Positions 30,287 to 40,287 of a stretch of DNA of 64,000 nt are shown in pieces; the stretch's first letter is position 1, and each line of letters opens with the position of its first letter. The stretch covers positions 3,360,001-3,424,000 of the forward strand of contig CBDASK010000003.1 of assembly GCA_965199495.1 (NCBI GenBank), in the 5' to 3' direction. The position numbers and the translations under genes were made by a program. This DNA is from Abditibacterium sp. (GTDB lineage: Bacteria; Armatimonadota; Abditibacteriia; Abditibacteriales; Abditibacteriaceae). The notes beneath the pieces are model-generated. The model saw only the letters and a program-made list of their open reading frames with translations, was not told where the DNA came from and did not search any database.

Positions 30287-31351
30287 GTGAAATTCATAAG
30301 CATGTCATCGCTGCCTTTAATTTTACTGATTCTCATTTTTGTCGGCGCGGCGGTCGGCGTCTGGTTCGCGGGCATTCGTTTGTCGCAGGCGACCGACGTG
30401 TTGAGCAAAAAATATGGCTTGGGCCAAGCATTAGGCGGCCTGATTTTGCTGGCGTTCGCCACCAACTTGCCCGAAATCGCCATCACCGCGAGCGGCGCGC
30501 TTAAAGGCGATGTCGGCATTGCCGTCGGCAATATTCTGGGCGGCATTGCGCTGCAAACCGTGGTTTTAGTGGCGCTCGATGTTTTCGGAATGGGCAAAAA
30601 AATCGGCCTGACTTATAGCGCGTCATCGCTCGAACTGGTTATCGAAGGCGTCGCCGTCATCGCGATTTTGACGGCGACGGTGATGTCCACGCAATTGCCG
30701 TCGTCATTGATTTTCGCGCGCGTCACGCCGGGCGGATTGTCAATTGTCGCGTTGTGGATCGCCGGTTTGTGGCTGGTCAATCACGCTCGCACCGGTTTGC
30801 CCTGGCAAGACAAAGGCGACGCGCCCGGTGGACAGGACACTCCGGGCGGTGGCGAGAAAGCTAAACACAAGCCCAAACTCAAGCCCGACAAAGCGTTGTG
30901 GGTTTTTGGCCTCGGCGCCGTTGTGACTTTGATTTGTGGCGTCTTGCTCGAAACTTCGGGCGACGCCATCGCCAAACATTGGGGCATGAGCGGCGTATTG
31001 TTTGGCGCGACAGTGCTGGCCGCAGCCACGTCGCTGCCCGAACTCTCGACAGGGCTGGCTTCGATGAAATTGGGCGACCATAAATTAGCGATCAGCGATA
31101 TTTTCGGCGGCAACGCGTTTTTGCCCACGCTCTTTTTGCTGGCAACGCTATTATCGGGCAAAGCCGTTTTGCCACACGCCCATAAAACCGATATTTATCT
31201 GACTGGTTTGGGAATGCTCTTAACGTCGATTTACATCGTCGGCTTAATTTTTCGGCCCAAAAAACAGATCGCGCGCATGGGCATAGATTCGCTCGCGGTT
31301 TTGATTGTTTACGCCATCGGCATCGTCGGGTTATTCGCGATTGGAAATTAA
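30287..31351 (+). CDS. sodium:calcium (CaCA) antiporter
   Basis: Two alpha repeats, ATNLPE...GNILGG and ATSLPE...SDIFGGN. Confidence 0.9.
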   Translation: MKFISMSSLPLILLILIFVGAAVGVWFAGIRLSQATDVLSKKYGLGQALGGLILLAFATNLPEIAITASGALKGDVGIAVGNILGGIALQTVVLVALDVFGMGKKIGLTYSASSLELVIEGVAVIAILTATVMSTQLPSSLIFARVTPGGLSIVALWIAGLWLVNHARTGLPWQDKGDAPGGQDTPGGGEKAKHKPKLKPDKALWVFGLGAVVTLICGVLLETSGDAIAKHWGMSGVLFGATVLAAATSLPELSTGLASMKLGDHKLAISDIFGGNAFLPTLFLLATLLSGKAVLPHAHKTDIYLTGLGMLLTSIYIVGLIFRPKKQIARMGIDSLAVLIVYAIGIVGLFAIGN

Positions 31352-31716
31352 TCGTCGCCGAGCGCGCTTTCCAAATGCGTTTGAATATCGCGCGCGCCAT
31401 GCAGAACGCGTAACATTTCGAGGCCGTTGGCTGAGGCAAACGGGCGATAGAGAATGACGTAAGTTTTAAAGTTCTGAACTGGCCATTGCCGAATGCCGTG
31501 CAGTTGTGGATTGGAGAAAAATTGCGGCGAACCGAGATGGGGAAATTCGGCCAAGTCTTTCAACGTTTGGGCGAGAGACTCGTAAAAACGCGGGATAACT
31601 TCGCGGTTACTGCGCCCCAGATAAGCCGCGATGTCCATGACATCGGTTTGCGAGGCTGGCGTGCCCAACACGCCCGGCACCAAAAATATCAAATCTTCTT
31701 GATTTTCGGCGCTCAT
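31348..31716 (-). CDS. ParE/RelE family toxin
   Basis: A..D...I..Y, L..FP..G, Y.ILYR, RVLHGARD. Confidence 0.85.
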   Translation of the reverse strand: MSAENQEDLIFLVPGVLGTPASQTDVMDIAAYLGRSNREVIPRFYESLAQTLKDLAEFPHLGSPQFFSNPQLHGIRQWPVQNFKTYVILYRPFASANGLEMLRVLHGARDIQTHLESALGDD

Positions 31717-32000
31717 TTTTGCGCCCCATTTTTGGCGCTTTGTTGCTGCAAACGCGCCTCGACCCCAGCGTGAACGGTCTTCCACCAATTCTCATCCAGC
31801 GGCTCGCCGGGGCCGGAATTGATGCCTTCGAGCAACAACCGTTCTAATTCGGTATCGTCATCGGCGCCCGCACTTTGCGCGCGCTCGCGCGCCTCGCGCG
31901 CCAATTCGCTCACGAATTCATCGGCGCTGATTTGGCGCGAAGTCGCTTGCTGCTCGATCCACTGGCTCACGTCTTCGGATAGCGTAATTGTTCTGCTCAT
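31713..32000 (-). CDS. ParD-like antitoxin
   Basis: TITLSE...WIEQQ...EFV, LLLEGINSG; overlaps the toxin start. Confidence 0.8.
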   Translation of the reverse strand: MSRTITLSEDVSQWIEQQATSRQISADEFVSELAREARERAQSAGADDDTELERLLLEGINSGPGEPLDENWWKTVHAGVEARLQQQSAKNGAQK

Positions 32001-32072
32001 GATTTGAACTCTGATTCCAGTTTAAAACTTTCCTACATCCGATGTTCTTATTGCTAAAATATATCAACTGTT

Positions 32073-32519
32073 ATGAAGATCAAACTTTCGCCTGTTCTTG
32101 CACTGGCGGCTTTTTCCGCGTTACTTACGCCGCGCGCCGCGCACGCCGATTTGGGATATTGGAGCGCTGCTCTGGTCGGGAACTGGAAAAATCCGCAAAC
32201 CGGCGCGACTTACCGGTTCAACTCGAATGCGACTTATACGTTGATTTATGCCAAGGCGACCCACGAAAATGTCGTCGCGGCTTCGGGTTGGTGGAAAATC
32301 GTGCAGCCGACCGAAAAAGAGAGCGGCGGCAGCCAAGAAGGGCCAGTGGCGCTATTACTTAAAACGCGCAAAATTACGTTGCTTGGACAAAATGGGAAGC
32401 GATATACAAGTGGTATCAAGGTAGATAGCCGTTTGGTCGCGAACACAGTTATCGTGGACGGCGCAGAAAACCGAAATCTCTATCGCATTGGCGGCGTGAA
32501 TTGGAAGCGCGTAAAATAG
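32073..32519 (+). CDS. exported hypothetical protein
   Basis: Signal peptide ending AHA; LVGNW lipocalin-like motif. Confidence 0.6.
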   Translation: MKIKLSPVLALAAFSALLTPRAAHADLGYWSAALVGNWKNPQTGATYRFNSNATYTLIYAKATHENVVAASGWWKIVQPTEKESGGSQEGPVALLLKTRKITLLGQNGKRYTSGIKVDSRLVANTVIVDGAENRNLYRIGGVNWKRVK

Positions 32520-32590
32520 CGCCAATTTAGTGATATGCCTTTTGCAGTGGCGCGCGCGGCGCTCACTTTCTAAGCTGTATTAGCGAAAAT

Positions 32591-33829
32591 ATGGCACACA
32601 TCAACGACAATTACCTCAAGCTCAAAGCGGGCTATCTGTTTCCCGAAATTTCGCGGCGCGTCAAAGCGTTCACCGATTCCAACCGCGAAGGCGCCGCGCG
32701 CCTGATTCGCTGCGGCATCGGCGACGTGACCGAACCGCTCCCACAAGCCGCCATTGACGCGTTAAAAAGTGCGACCGATGAACTGGGCAATCGCGCGAGC
32801 TTTCGTGGTTACGGCCCTGAACAAGGCTACGACTTTTTGCGCGAAGCCATCGCCAAAAATGAATATCAAGAGCGCGGCATCAACATTTCTGCCGATGAAA
32901 TCTTCGTAAGCGATGGCTCGAAATGCGACACCGCCAACATCCTCGATATTTTCGGCGACGACAATATCATCGCCGTCACCGATCCGGTTTACCCAGTTTA
33001 CGTGGACACCAACGTGATGGCCGGACATACCGGCGAGGCCGACGAAAACGGTCAATATGCCGGGTTGGTTTATCTCAAATGCACGCGCGAAAACGGCTTC
33101 GTCGCGCCGCCGCCAACTCAAAAAGTGGACATCGCGTATTTGTGTTTTCCCAACAACCCGACGGGCGCCGTGGCTACTCGCGAGCAACTGCAAGAATGGG
33201 TGGATTACGCCCTCAAAAACGACACGATTTTGCTGTTCGACGCCGCTTATTCCGATTATATTTCGCGTCCAGATGTTCCGCGTTCGATCTACGAAATCGA
33301 AGGCGCGCGCAATTGCGCCATCGAATTTCGCTCGTTTTCCAAAAGTGGCGGCTTTACCGGCGTGCGTTGCGCTCTCACGGTTGTTCCCGAAACTTTGACG
33401 GCGAAATCGGGCACAGGCGAAGAGGTGCCGTTGCATAAATTGTGGTTGCGCCGCTCGACGACGAAGTTCAACGGCGTTTCCTATCCGATTCAGCGCGCGG
33501 CGGAGGCTTTGTATAAATTCGACGGGCGCCAGCAGGTGCGCGAATTGGTTGAGCATTACATGGGCAACGCGCACATTTTGCGCGAAGCGGCGCGCGAGGC
33601 TGGTTTGGAAGTTTACGGCGGCGAAAACGCGCCCTATATTTGGATCGCGACGCCGTCGGGCCTGACGAGTTGGGACGTTTTCGACAAAATGCTGAGTGAA
33701 GCCAACGTCGTCGTCACGCCCGGTTCGGGCTTTGGCGCGCAGGGCGAAGGCTTCTTCCGCGTCTCGGCGTTCAACTCGCGCGAAAACGCGGAAGAGGTGG
33801 CGACGCGGATTAAAAACGTGAATTGGTAG
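32591..33829 (+). CDS. dapL: LL-diaminopimelate aminotransferase
   Basis: [38 protein letters not shown]. Confidence 0.96.
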   Translation: MAHINDNYLKLKAGYLFPEISRRVKAFTDSNREGAARLIRCGIGDVTEPLPQAAIDALKSATDELGNRASFRGYGPEQGYDFLREAIAKNEYQERGINISADEIFVSDGSKCDTANILDIFGDDNIIAVTDPVYPVYVDTNVMAGHTGEADENGQYAGLVYLKCTRENGFVAPPPTQKVDIAYLCFPNNPTGAVATREQLQEWVDYALKNDTILLFDAAYSDYISRPDVPRSIYEIEGARNCAIEFRSFSKSGGFTGVRCALTVVPETLTAKSGTGEEVPLHKLWLRRSTTKFNGVSYPIQRAAEALYKFDGRQQVRELVEHYMGNAHILREAAREAGLEVYGGENAPYIWIATPSGLTSWDVFDKMLSEANVVVTPGSGFGAQGEGFFRVSAFNSRENAEEVATRIKNVNW

Positions 33830-33839
33830 AAAGCCAATT

Positions 33840-33904
33840 GTAGAGACGCCGATTTATCGCGTCTAAAACATGAAATTTTAGACGCGATAAATCGCTGTCT
33901 CTAC
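33840..33904. repeat. GTAG-type REP doublet (REPIN-like)
   Basis: gtagagacgccgatttatcgcgtctaaaa ... ttttagacgcgataaatcgctgtctctac. Confidence 0.85.
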
Positions 33905-33913
33905 GAAATCCAA

Positions 33914-34864
33914 ATGAAAATTATCGTATTAGATGGCACGCCGCTCGACATTGGCGATATGAATTGGGATGCGCTGCGTGAGCTGGGCGAAGTCACGATT
34001 TACGACCGCACCGCACCCGACGAAGTCGCCGCGCGCATCGCGGGCGCTGACGCCGTTTTTAACAATAGCGTGGCACTCACCGCGCAGCATTTCGCGGGCG
34101 CGCCGACAGTGAAATACGTCGGCAAAATGTCCACGGGTTTCGATAATGTGGATGTGCAAGCCGCGCGCGCAAACGGCATCACGGTTTGCAACGTGCCGTC
34201 GTATTCCGCGCATTTCACCGCGCAAACCGCCATCGCTTTGCTGTTGGAGTTGTGCCATCGCGTTGGCAGCCACGCCGACGCCGTGGCTGCTGGTGCGTGG
34301 AGCAAATCGTATTATTATTCGTTTTGGAACGGCCCGCTCATCGAACTCGAAAACAAAACTTTGGTGATCCTCGGAATGGGCGCGATTGGCCGTCGCGTCG
34401 CGGCCATCGGCGAGGCATTGGGAATGCGCGTTGTCGCCGCGCAGTCGCCGGGCCGCGATTACGATGCGGATTCGCTGCACATTCCTTTAACCGAAGCGTT
34501 GCCCCTCGCCGATGTCGTTTCACTGCATTGCCCGCTCCGACCCGAAACGCGCGCCCTCGTCAACGCCGAGTTTCTGGCGCAAATGAAGCCGTCTGCGTTT
34601 TTGATTAACACCGCGCGCGGCGGCTTAATTGACGAAGCGGCGTTAGCGAGGGCGTTGCAAAACGGCACAATCGCCGGGTTCGGCGCCGACGTGTTGAGCG
34701 CCGAGCCGCCGCCCGACGATAACCCGTTGATTGGCGCGCCCAACGCGATTATCACGCCTCACATGGGCTGGGCTTCGGTTGAAGCGCGCGCACGGTGTTT
34801 GCAAACGTGCGTTGAAAATTTGCGCGCGTATTTGGATGGAAGTCCGCGCAATGTCGTCTCGTAA
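33914..34864 (+). CDS. D-2-hydroxyacid dehydrogenase (glycerate dehydrogenase-like)
   Basis: GMGAIG, LHCPL, INTARG, DV...EP, TPH.GW. Confidence 0.92.
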   Translation: MKIIVLDGTPLDIGDMNWDALRELGEVTIYDRTAPDEVAARIAGADAVFNNSVALTAQHFAGAPTVKYVGKMSTGFDNVDVQAARANGITVCNVPSYSAHFTAQTAIALLLELCHRVGSHADAVAAGAWSKSYYYSFWNGPLIELENKTLVILGMGAIGRRVAAIGEALGMRVVAAQSPGRDYDADSLHIPLTEALPLADVVSLHCPLRPETRALVNAEFLAQMKPSAFLINTARGGLIDEAALARALQNGTIAGFGADVLSAEPPPDDNPLIGAPNAIITPHMGWASVEARARCLQTCVENLRAYLDGSPRNVVS

Positions 34865-34866
34865 AA

Positions 34867-34997
34867 AGCCACAAAGGGCACAAAGAAGCCCAAAGAAGTT
34901 AATTTGTAAAAGCAAAAATTTAAAATTTAATTCTTTACGTTTTAACTTCTTCGGGCTTCTTTGTGCCCTTTGTGTGTTCTCTGTGAACTTTGTGGGT
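34867..34997. repeat. CACAGAG-unit palindromic element, copy 2 (degenerate)
   Basis: agccacaaagggcacaaagaagccc ... gggcttctttgtgccctttgtgtgttctctgtgaactttgtgg. Confidence 0.8.
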
Positions 34998-35005
34998 AAA
35001 AACGA

Positions 35006-35034
35006 AAACCGCGCACCAATCGGCGCGCGGTTTT
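35006..35034. terminator. probable terminator of the tRNA transcript
   Basis: aaaaccgcgc-accaatcg-gcgcgcggtttt. Confidence 0.6.
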
Positions 35035-35044
35035 GATTTCTAAA

Positions 35045-35131
35045 AGGAGAGAGCGGGATTTGAACCCGCGATAGTTTTTACGCTATAACTTCTTAGCAGG
35101 AAGTCGCCTTAAACCACTCAGCCATCTCTCC
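35045..35131 (-). tRNA. tRNA-Ser(GCT), atypical (U discriminator, short variable stem)
   Basis: GGAGAGA acceptor, ACTTC-CT GCT AA-GAAGT anticodon arm, GCGGG-TTCAAAT-CCCGC T arm. Confidence 0.85.
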
Positions 35132-35200
35132 AGATGGGTGAATTGAAAAGCGACTATAACTTCGATTTTTCATGGTTTAAGGCGACCTCCGTTAGAGATT

Positions 35201-35283
35201 TGCACGAGAGAGGACTTGAACCTCCACGCCCTTGCGGGCACTAGATTCTGAGTCTAGCGCGTCTGCCATTCCGCCACTCGTGC
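35201..35283 (-). tRNA. tRNA-Leu(CAG)
   Basis: GCACGAG acceptor, CTAGA-CT CAG AA-TCTAG anticodon arm, variable arm, GGTTCAAGTCC. Confidence 0.95.
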
Positions 35284-35334
35284 GAGTGCTTTTAGCGAAG
35301 TCGGGTTGGGAAACAACGCCAAAGGCAAAGAGAA

Positions 35335-35363
35335 ATTATAACGTTTGGCGCCCGATGCGTCAA
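35335..35363 (-). promoter_or_regulatory. sigma70-type promoter for the Leu-Ser tRNA pair
   Basis: TTGACG-17 bp-TATAAT on the minus strand. Confidence 0.8.
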
Positions 35364-35389
35364 GCCAATTCGCGATAAAATTTAACGCG

Positions 35390-36292
35390 ATGATTTTAGC
35401 TCTGGAACTCCAGCCCGACAGCGCACGCGGCCACGCGCTCGACGAGATGGGAACCATTCAATATGCGCGCGTCCACTCTTTGGCTTCGGCTTTGACGCCC
35501 GCGCAAAGATGGCTCGAACTCATCGAATTGGCGCGCGACGTGGGCGCAGGCGTCGCGCTCGAACCCGCGCAAATGGCGCGCATTGTTCTGGTTTTTCCGG
35601 GCGAACTTGACGCCGCCGGGCGCGTGAAGGCGGGCGCCGATGGTTTCGGCGGCTACGACTTAAAACGCGGATTGCGCGAACATTTGCACACGGGCGAGGC
35701 CGAAATCGTCGTCGCCTCGGACGGCGTGGCTGATGCGTGGGCGCAGACGCAAGCGGGCGTGTTGCGCGAATGGGACGATTGGATTTATCTCGGCATCGGC
35801 GAGCAATTGGAAAGCGTGGCGTGCGTGCGCGGCGTTTGGCTGCAACCGAATTTGGGCGGCTTGGTTTTGCAGCGCGACGGCGCGATGGACAGCGCCGGGC
35901 GACAAGGCACGTTCAGCGCCTATTGCGCGGGATTGTCGTTTGCCGAGCGCACGCGCAGTTACAGTTTGAACGTGGCGCCGCGCGAGATTTGGGCGTTAGC
36001 CGATACGAATTTCGCCGCGCAATCGTTGGCACGCGATTACGTTTCGCGCTTGGCGCAGGGACTGGCGAGTTCGGTTGCGGCACTTTCTCCGCGTCGCATT
36101 TGCATCGGCGGCGATTTGGGGCGCGAGATATTTTCGCAAATTCACGCTGAGTTAGCGTCGGAGTTGCGAGATTATGGGCACGCTGCTGCGTGGCATGGGG
36201 CTATCGTTTTAAGCGCGTCTGGCGCGGCGCATCCCGAAAGTATCGCGCCGGGCGCGTTGGCCTTAGCCACGTTGGGCGAGCCGCCACTGTAA
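35390..36292 (+). CDS. divergent ROK family protein
   Basis: FPGELD..G, YLGIG, ICIGG pattern; canonical ROK motifs eroded. Confidence 0.55.
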   Translation: MILALELQPDSARGHALDEMGTIQYARVHSLASALTPAQRWLELIELARDVGAGVALEPAQMARIVLVFPGELDAAGRVKAGADGFGGYDLKRGLREHLHTGEAEIVVASDGVADAWAQTQAGVLREWDDWIYLGIGEQLESVACVRGVWLQPNLGGLVLQRDGAMDSAGRQGTFSAYCAGLSFAERTRSYSLNVAPREIWALADTNFAAQSLARDYVSRLAQGLASSVAALSPRRICIGGDLGREIFSQIHAELASELRDYGHAAAWHGAIVLSASGAAHPESIAPGALALATLGEPPL

Positions 36293-36297
36293 ATGGC

Positions 36298-36368
36298 GGA
36301 AGTTGGAAGCTAAAATGCACGTAAATCGCTTGCTGTTGGCATCCTTCTCACTTCCGACTTCCAACTTC
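36298..36368. repeat. short heptamer (GGAAGTT) inverted repeat
   Basis: ggaagttggaag ... cttccgacttccaacttc. Confidence 0.55.
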
Positions 36369-36378
36369 TTAAAATATC

Positions 36379-37947
36379 ATGGATTCTCTTCAACTCTGGA
36401 ACCGTTTCAAGCACTACTACTTTAGCGATGACGCTTTAGGTTTTGCCCTCGACATTTCGCGCATGAATTTTGGCGATAACTTCTTCGCCGATTTCGAGCC
36501 GAAATTGCAAAAAGCCTACGCGCAGATGGACGAACTGGAGCGTGGCGCCATCGCCAATCCCGATGAGAAACGTCGAGTCGGCCATTACTGGTTGCGCAAT
36601 CCGCAACTGGCGCCCGACGATTTGGGCGCACAAATCACGGCAGTGCTGGACAAGATTAAAACATTTGCATCGCAAGTTCACGACGGCGAAATTATGCCGC
36701 CAAGCGGCGGCAAATTCGAGCATCTGCTCATCATCGGCATCGGCGGTTCGGCATTGGGGCCGCAGTTCGTCACCAACGCTTTGTCGTGGCCGGGCCGCGA
36801 CCAAATGAACGCGCACTTTTTCGACAACACCGATCCCGACGGCATCGAGCGCACGCTCGCCGAAATCGGTGACAATCTGAAGAACACTTTGACAATCGTG
36901 ATTTCTAAGTCGGGCGGCACCAAAGAAACGCGCAACGGAATGTTGGAAGCGCAGGCCGCCTATCACGAAGCCGGTTTGGACTTCGGGCAACACGCCGTGG
37001 CTATTACCGGCGAAGGTTCGCAACTCGATAAAGTCGCGCAGCACGAACGCTGGCTCGAACGCTTCGCCATGTTCGATTGGATCGGCGGGCGCACCTCGGA
37101 ACTCAGCGCCGTTGGCTTGTTGCCCGCCGCGTTGCAGGGCTTCGATATTGACGCGATGTTGAGTGGCGCCGCTCAAATGGATGCGCTGACGCGGCGTCAC
37201 GAAACCCTGAAAAACCCCGCCGCGTTAATGGCGGCGATGTGGCATTTCGCGACGAACGGCAAGGGCGAGAAAGATATGGTGATTTTGCCGTATAAAGATC
37301 GTTTGGCGTTGTTTTCGCGTTATTTGCAGCAGTTAGTGATGGAAAGTTTGGGTAAAGAAAAAGATTTGCAGGGCAACGTCGTGCATCAGGGCATCGCGGT
37401 TTACGGCAACAAAGGTTCGACCGACCAACACGCTTACGTGCAACAGTTGCGCGACGGCGTCCCTAATTTCTTCGCGATTTTCGTCGAAGTTTTGCACACG
37501 CGCGACGCTGCCAAACTCGAAGTCGAGCCGGGCGTGACTTCGGGCGATTTCCTGAGCGGCTTTTTGTATGGCACGCGCAAAGCGTTATATGAAAACGACC
37601 GTGGCTCGCTGACAATTACGGTTGACCGCGCCGACGCGCAAACCGTCGGCGCTTTAATCGCGTTGTTCGAGCGCACGGTTGGCTTTTACGCGAGCTTTGT
37701 GAACATTAACGCCTACGACCAACCGGGCGTTGAAGCGGGCAAAAAAGCGGCGCAAAGCATCATCGAAATGCAAAGTCATCTGATGACCGTATTGCAGGAC
37801 GGCGGCGGCACTTCCGACGATTTGGCGATGCGCATCGGCGCGCAGGACAAGGCCGAAGACGTGTTTCACATCCTCAACCACTTGGCCGCCAACAAGCGCG
37901 TCAAAGCCAGCGAAGCCGGGCCAAACGCAACGTTTGAGTTGAATTAA
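36379..37947 (+). CDS. pgi: glucose-6-phosphate isomerase
   Basis: [39 protein letters not shown]. Confidence 0.97.
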   Translation: MDSLQLWNRFKHYYFSDDALGFALDISRMNFGDNFFADFEPKLQKAYAQMDELERGAIANPDEKRRVGHYWLRNPQLAPDDLGAQITAVLDKIKTFASQVHDGEIMPPSGGKFEHLLIIGIGGSALGPQFVTNALSWPGRDQMNAHFFDNTDPDGIERTLAEIGDNLKNTLTIVISKSGGTKETRNGMLEAQAAYHEAGLDFGQHAVAITGEGSQLDKVAQHERWLERFAMFDWIGGRTSELSAVGLLPAALQGFDIDAMLSGAAQMDALTRRHETLKNPAALMAAMWHFATNGKGEKDMVILPYKDRLALFSRYLQQLVMESLGKEKDLQGNVVHQGIAVYGNKGSTDQHAYVQQLRDGVPNFFAIFVEVLHTRDAAKLEVEPGVTSGDFLSGFLYGTRKALYENDRGSLTITVDRADAQTVGALIALFERTVGFYASFVNINAYDQPGVEAGKKAAQSIIEMQSHLMTVLQDGGGTSDDLAMRIGAQDKAEDVFHILNHLAANKRVKASEAGPNATFELN

Positions 37948-37960
37948 TTTTTGGCGAAAT

Positions 37961-38003
37961 AAAAAAGCACCGATCGCATCCCAGATGCAATCGGTGCTTT
38001 TTT
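37961..38003. terminator. bidirectional intrinsic terminator
   Basis: aaaaaagcaccgatcgcatc-cca-gatgcaatcggtgctttttt. Confidence 0.9.
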
Positions 38004-38008
38004 GTTAA

Positions 38009-38476
38009 TTAAATATCGCGCCATAGACGAGCGTCGCAAAAGTAATTGAGATGTTTGGGATTGGTCGTCGCCAAAGTCGTGTGACCGCCCGCCGCTTCAT
38101 CGGCCCAGAAGCGCGTTGCGGCGCGCACTTGCGCCACCAAAACCATGTCGCCATCGAGCGATAAATTGTTGGTCGCGGGTTTGCCAATGTTGCGCGCTTC
38201 CACCCAAATTTGCGCGGCTTCGAGCATCGTCTGCGTATCAATCGGCAGGTATTCTAAGGTTGATTTCAATAGATTCAGGCTGGCGAGGCCCGCTGCTTTG
38301 TTGGCGCGAATCAGTTCCCGCCGAACTTCATAGTCGGCGATTTCGGGAATGACAACGATGTCGCCGTTTGCAATCAAAGCGAACATCCATTCTTTCGCTT
38401 CGTCGTTTTCCGGCGAGGCTTTGGGATTGGAAATCTTGCCCAACGGCCCGCTATCAAGCACGGTGATTCGTCTCAT
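38009..38476 (-). CDS. PIN domain (VapC-like) toxin
   Basis: VLDSGPLG, PEIADYEVRREL, D.D..L.AQ, ATTN.KHL. Confidence 0.85.
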   Translation of the reverse strand: MRRITVLDSGPLGKISNPKASPENDEAKEWMFALIANGDIVVIPEIADYEVRRELIRANKAAGLASLNLLKSTLEYLPIDTQTMLEAAQIWVEARNIGKPATNNLSLDGDMVLVAQVRAATRFWADEAAGGHTTLATTNPKHLNYFCDARLWRDI

Positions 38477-38754
38477 GAAGAATCATCGCCGTCGTCGGGA
38501 AAATATGGACGATTGGGCGAAAGCCGATCTTCGTCCAAGGCTTTTTTCAAGAACGCCCACGTCTCTTTTTGTTCCTCGATTTCTTCGGGCGTAAAATTAT
38601 CCCATGCGCGCAAAACTCGGAGAGCTTCGATATTGCGCGGACGATTGGCTTGTTTACGCGAAGGTAATCGCGCCAACGCACGATCTCTTCTCATGCTCAC
38701 CGGCGGAAATTCATTCTCTTTAACTTTGTTTTTCGGTTTGGTTTGCGTTGCCAT
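38473..38754 (-). CDS. putative antitoxin of the PIN protein
   Basis: Small ORF overlapping the PIN start; EQKETW.FLKKALDEDRLS; GAGGTG RBS before ATG 38754. Confidence 0.7.
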   Translation of the reverse strand: MATQTKPKNKVKENEFPPVSMRRDRALARLPSRKQANRPRNIEALRVLRAWDNFTPEEIEEQKETWAFLKKALDEDRLSPNRPYFPDDGDDSS

Positions 38755-38813
38755 TGCGACATCACCTCTTTTCTCCATCACAGTTTAGAAGAAACTGCCA
38801 CTTTGCCCCGAAA

Positions 38814-39830
38814 TCAAGCCGCCGTTCCGTTGAGGTGCGGCAAGAATTCTTTGACTTCGCCCGCCAACTTCGCCGGGTCTTCCAAATCGCCCAACTTGCG
38901 GAAACGTTGATAGCGCGCTTCCAATAATTCGTCGGGCGAGTATTGTTCGACTTCGGCCAAATGGCGCCCGATGGCTTCTTCCAAATTGCGGCCCATTTGC
39001 GGCAAATCGCGGTGTGCGCCGCCCAACGGTTCGGGCACGATTTCTTCGATGACGCCCAAACGCAACGCGTCTTCGGCGGTGATGCGCAATTGTTCGCTGG
39101 CGAGCGGCGCTTTGGCGGCGTCGCGGAATAGAATCGCGGCGCAACCTTCGGGCGAAATCACCGAATAATAGGCGTGTTCGAGCATCAAAACGCGGTCGCC
39201 CAGCGCCGTGGCTATGGCGCCGCCCGAACAACCTTCGCCGATAATCACCACGATAATCGGCACGCGCAAACGGCTCATTAGTAACTGCGAATGGGCGATG
39301 GCTTCCGAGATGCCGCGCTCTTCGGCGGCGGGTGAACAGGCGGCGCCCGGCGTATCCACGAGGGAAATAATCGGGCGATTAAATCTTGCGGCCAGTTCCA
39401 TGACGCGGCCCGCTTTGCGCAATCCTTCGGGCGAGGGTTGGCCGAAATTGCGCAACTGTCGTTCTTTGGTGTCGCGGCCTTTCTGATTGCCAATCACAGC
39501 CACGGGGCGCCCATTGAAGCGCGCGAAGCCAGCGACGACGGCGCCATCGTCGCCATAAGCGCGGTCGCCGTGAATTTCCGTCCATTCGGTGCAAAGCGCG
39601 CCGATGTAATCGAGCGAGTAGGGACGTTTAGGATGACGCGCCATTTGAACTTTATCCCACGACGACAGACCGCCAAAAATCTGGCGCATCATCGCGGTTT
39701 TCTGGGTTTCGATGCGCTCAATTTTCGAGTCGAGATTGAGGTTTTCAGTTGCGGCCAGACGTTTCAACTCGTCAATTTGTTCTTCGAGTTCAACAAGCGG
39801 TTTTTCAAAGGGAAGCCAACGGGAAAGCAT
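38814..39830 (-). CDS. accA: acetyl-CoA carboxylase carboxyltransferase alpha subunit
   Basis: FEKPL.ELE, ARHP.RP, HGDR...DD, YSVISPEGCA. Confidence 0.97.
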   Translation of the reverse strand: MLSRWLPFEKPLVELEEQIDELKRLAATENLNLDSKIERIETQKTAMMRQIFGGLSSWDKVQMARHPKRPYSLDYIGALCTEWTEIHGDRAYGDDGAVVAGFARFNGRPVAVIGNQKGRDTKERQLRNFGQPSPEGLRKAGRVMELAARFNRPIISLVDTPGAACSPAAEERGISEAIAHSQLLMSRLRVPIIVVIIGEGCSGGAIATALGDRVLMLEHAYYSVISPEGCAAILFRDAAKAPLASEQLRITAEDALRLGVIEEIVPEPLGGAHRDLPQMGRNLEEAIGRHLAEVEQYSPDELLEARYQRFRKLGDLEDPAKLAGEVKEFLPHLNGTAA

Positions 39831-39879
39831 GAGTAAATTCAATTGGGCGCGCAATTGCGGCGTTTCAGTTTAAGGCGAA

Positions 39880-40164
39880 ATGTCATTCTGAGCGGCGATT
39901 TTCGCTCCCTTCGTTGTCATACTGAGGACTGAACACGCTTTTAGCGTGAAAAGGGCGGCAAAGAACGTCTGTTTGGTTTCGGCACATTCACGTTCGGCGG
40001 GGCTTGCGCCCTCTTCCAATCGGGTGCGAAGGAGAAATCCAAGATTGGAAGGAGGCGCAAGCCCCGCCAAATATAACGCTCGCCGAAACAGCACAATGAG
40101 GCCGATTTGAGCGTGAAAAGCCGAGAGTTCATTAGCAGGAACTGAACACGCTTTTAGCGTGAAA
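39880..40164. repeat. composite repeat region: 24-bp direct repeats (39928-39951, 40141-40164) around palindromic element copy 2 (39996-40068)
   Basis: actgaacacgcttttagcgtgaaa twice; ggcggggcttgcgccctcttccaatc / gattggaaggaggcgcaagccccgcc. Confidence 0.85.
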
Positions 40165-40287
40165 TGGGTGGCAATCAACTGGCGTTCCAGAGGCTTCATC
40201 TGCCCTGACTACATCGGGCGCCCAGGCATCCGGCTACGCCAAGCGTCCTCACGGACGCGAATTGAGCTGTTTTCCTATTCGCATTGT

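Noticed and set aside
35045..35131. Atypical tRNA as a suppressor, tRNA-Sec or allo-tRNA
   Set aside because: The anticodon is GCT and the acceptor and T stems are the standard 7 and 5 bp
39870..40199. 109-aa ORF between accA and accD
   Set aside because: Composed of repeat elements (FTLKACSV twice, LEEGASPA); probably not a gene
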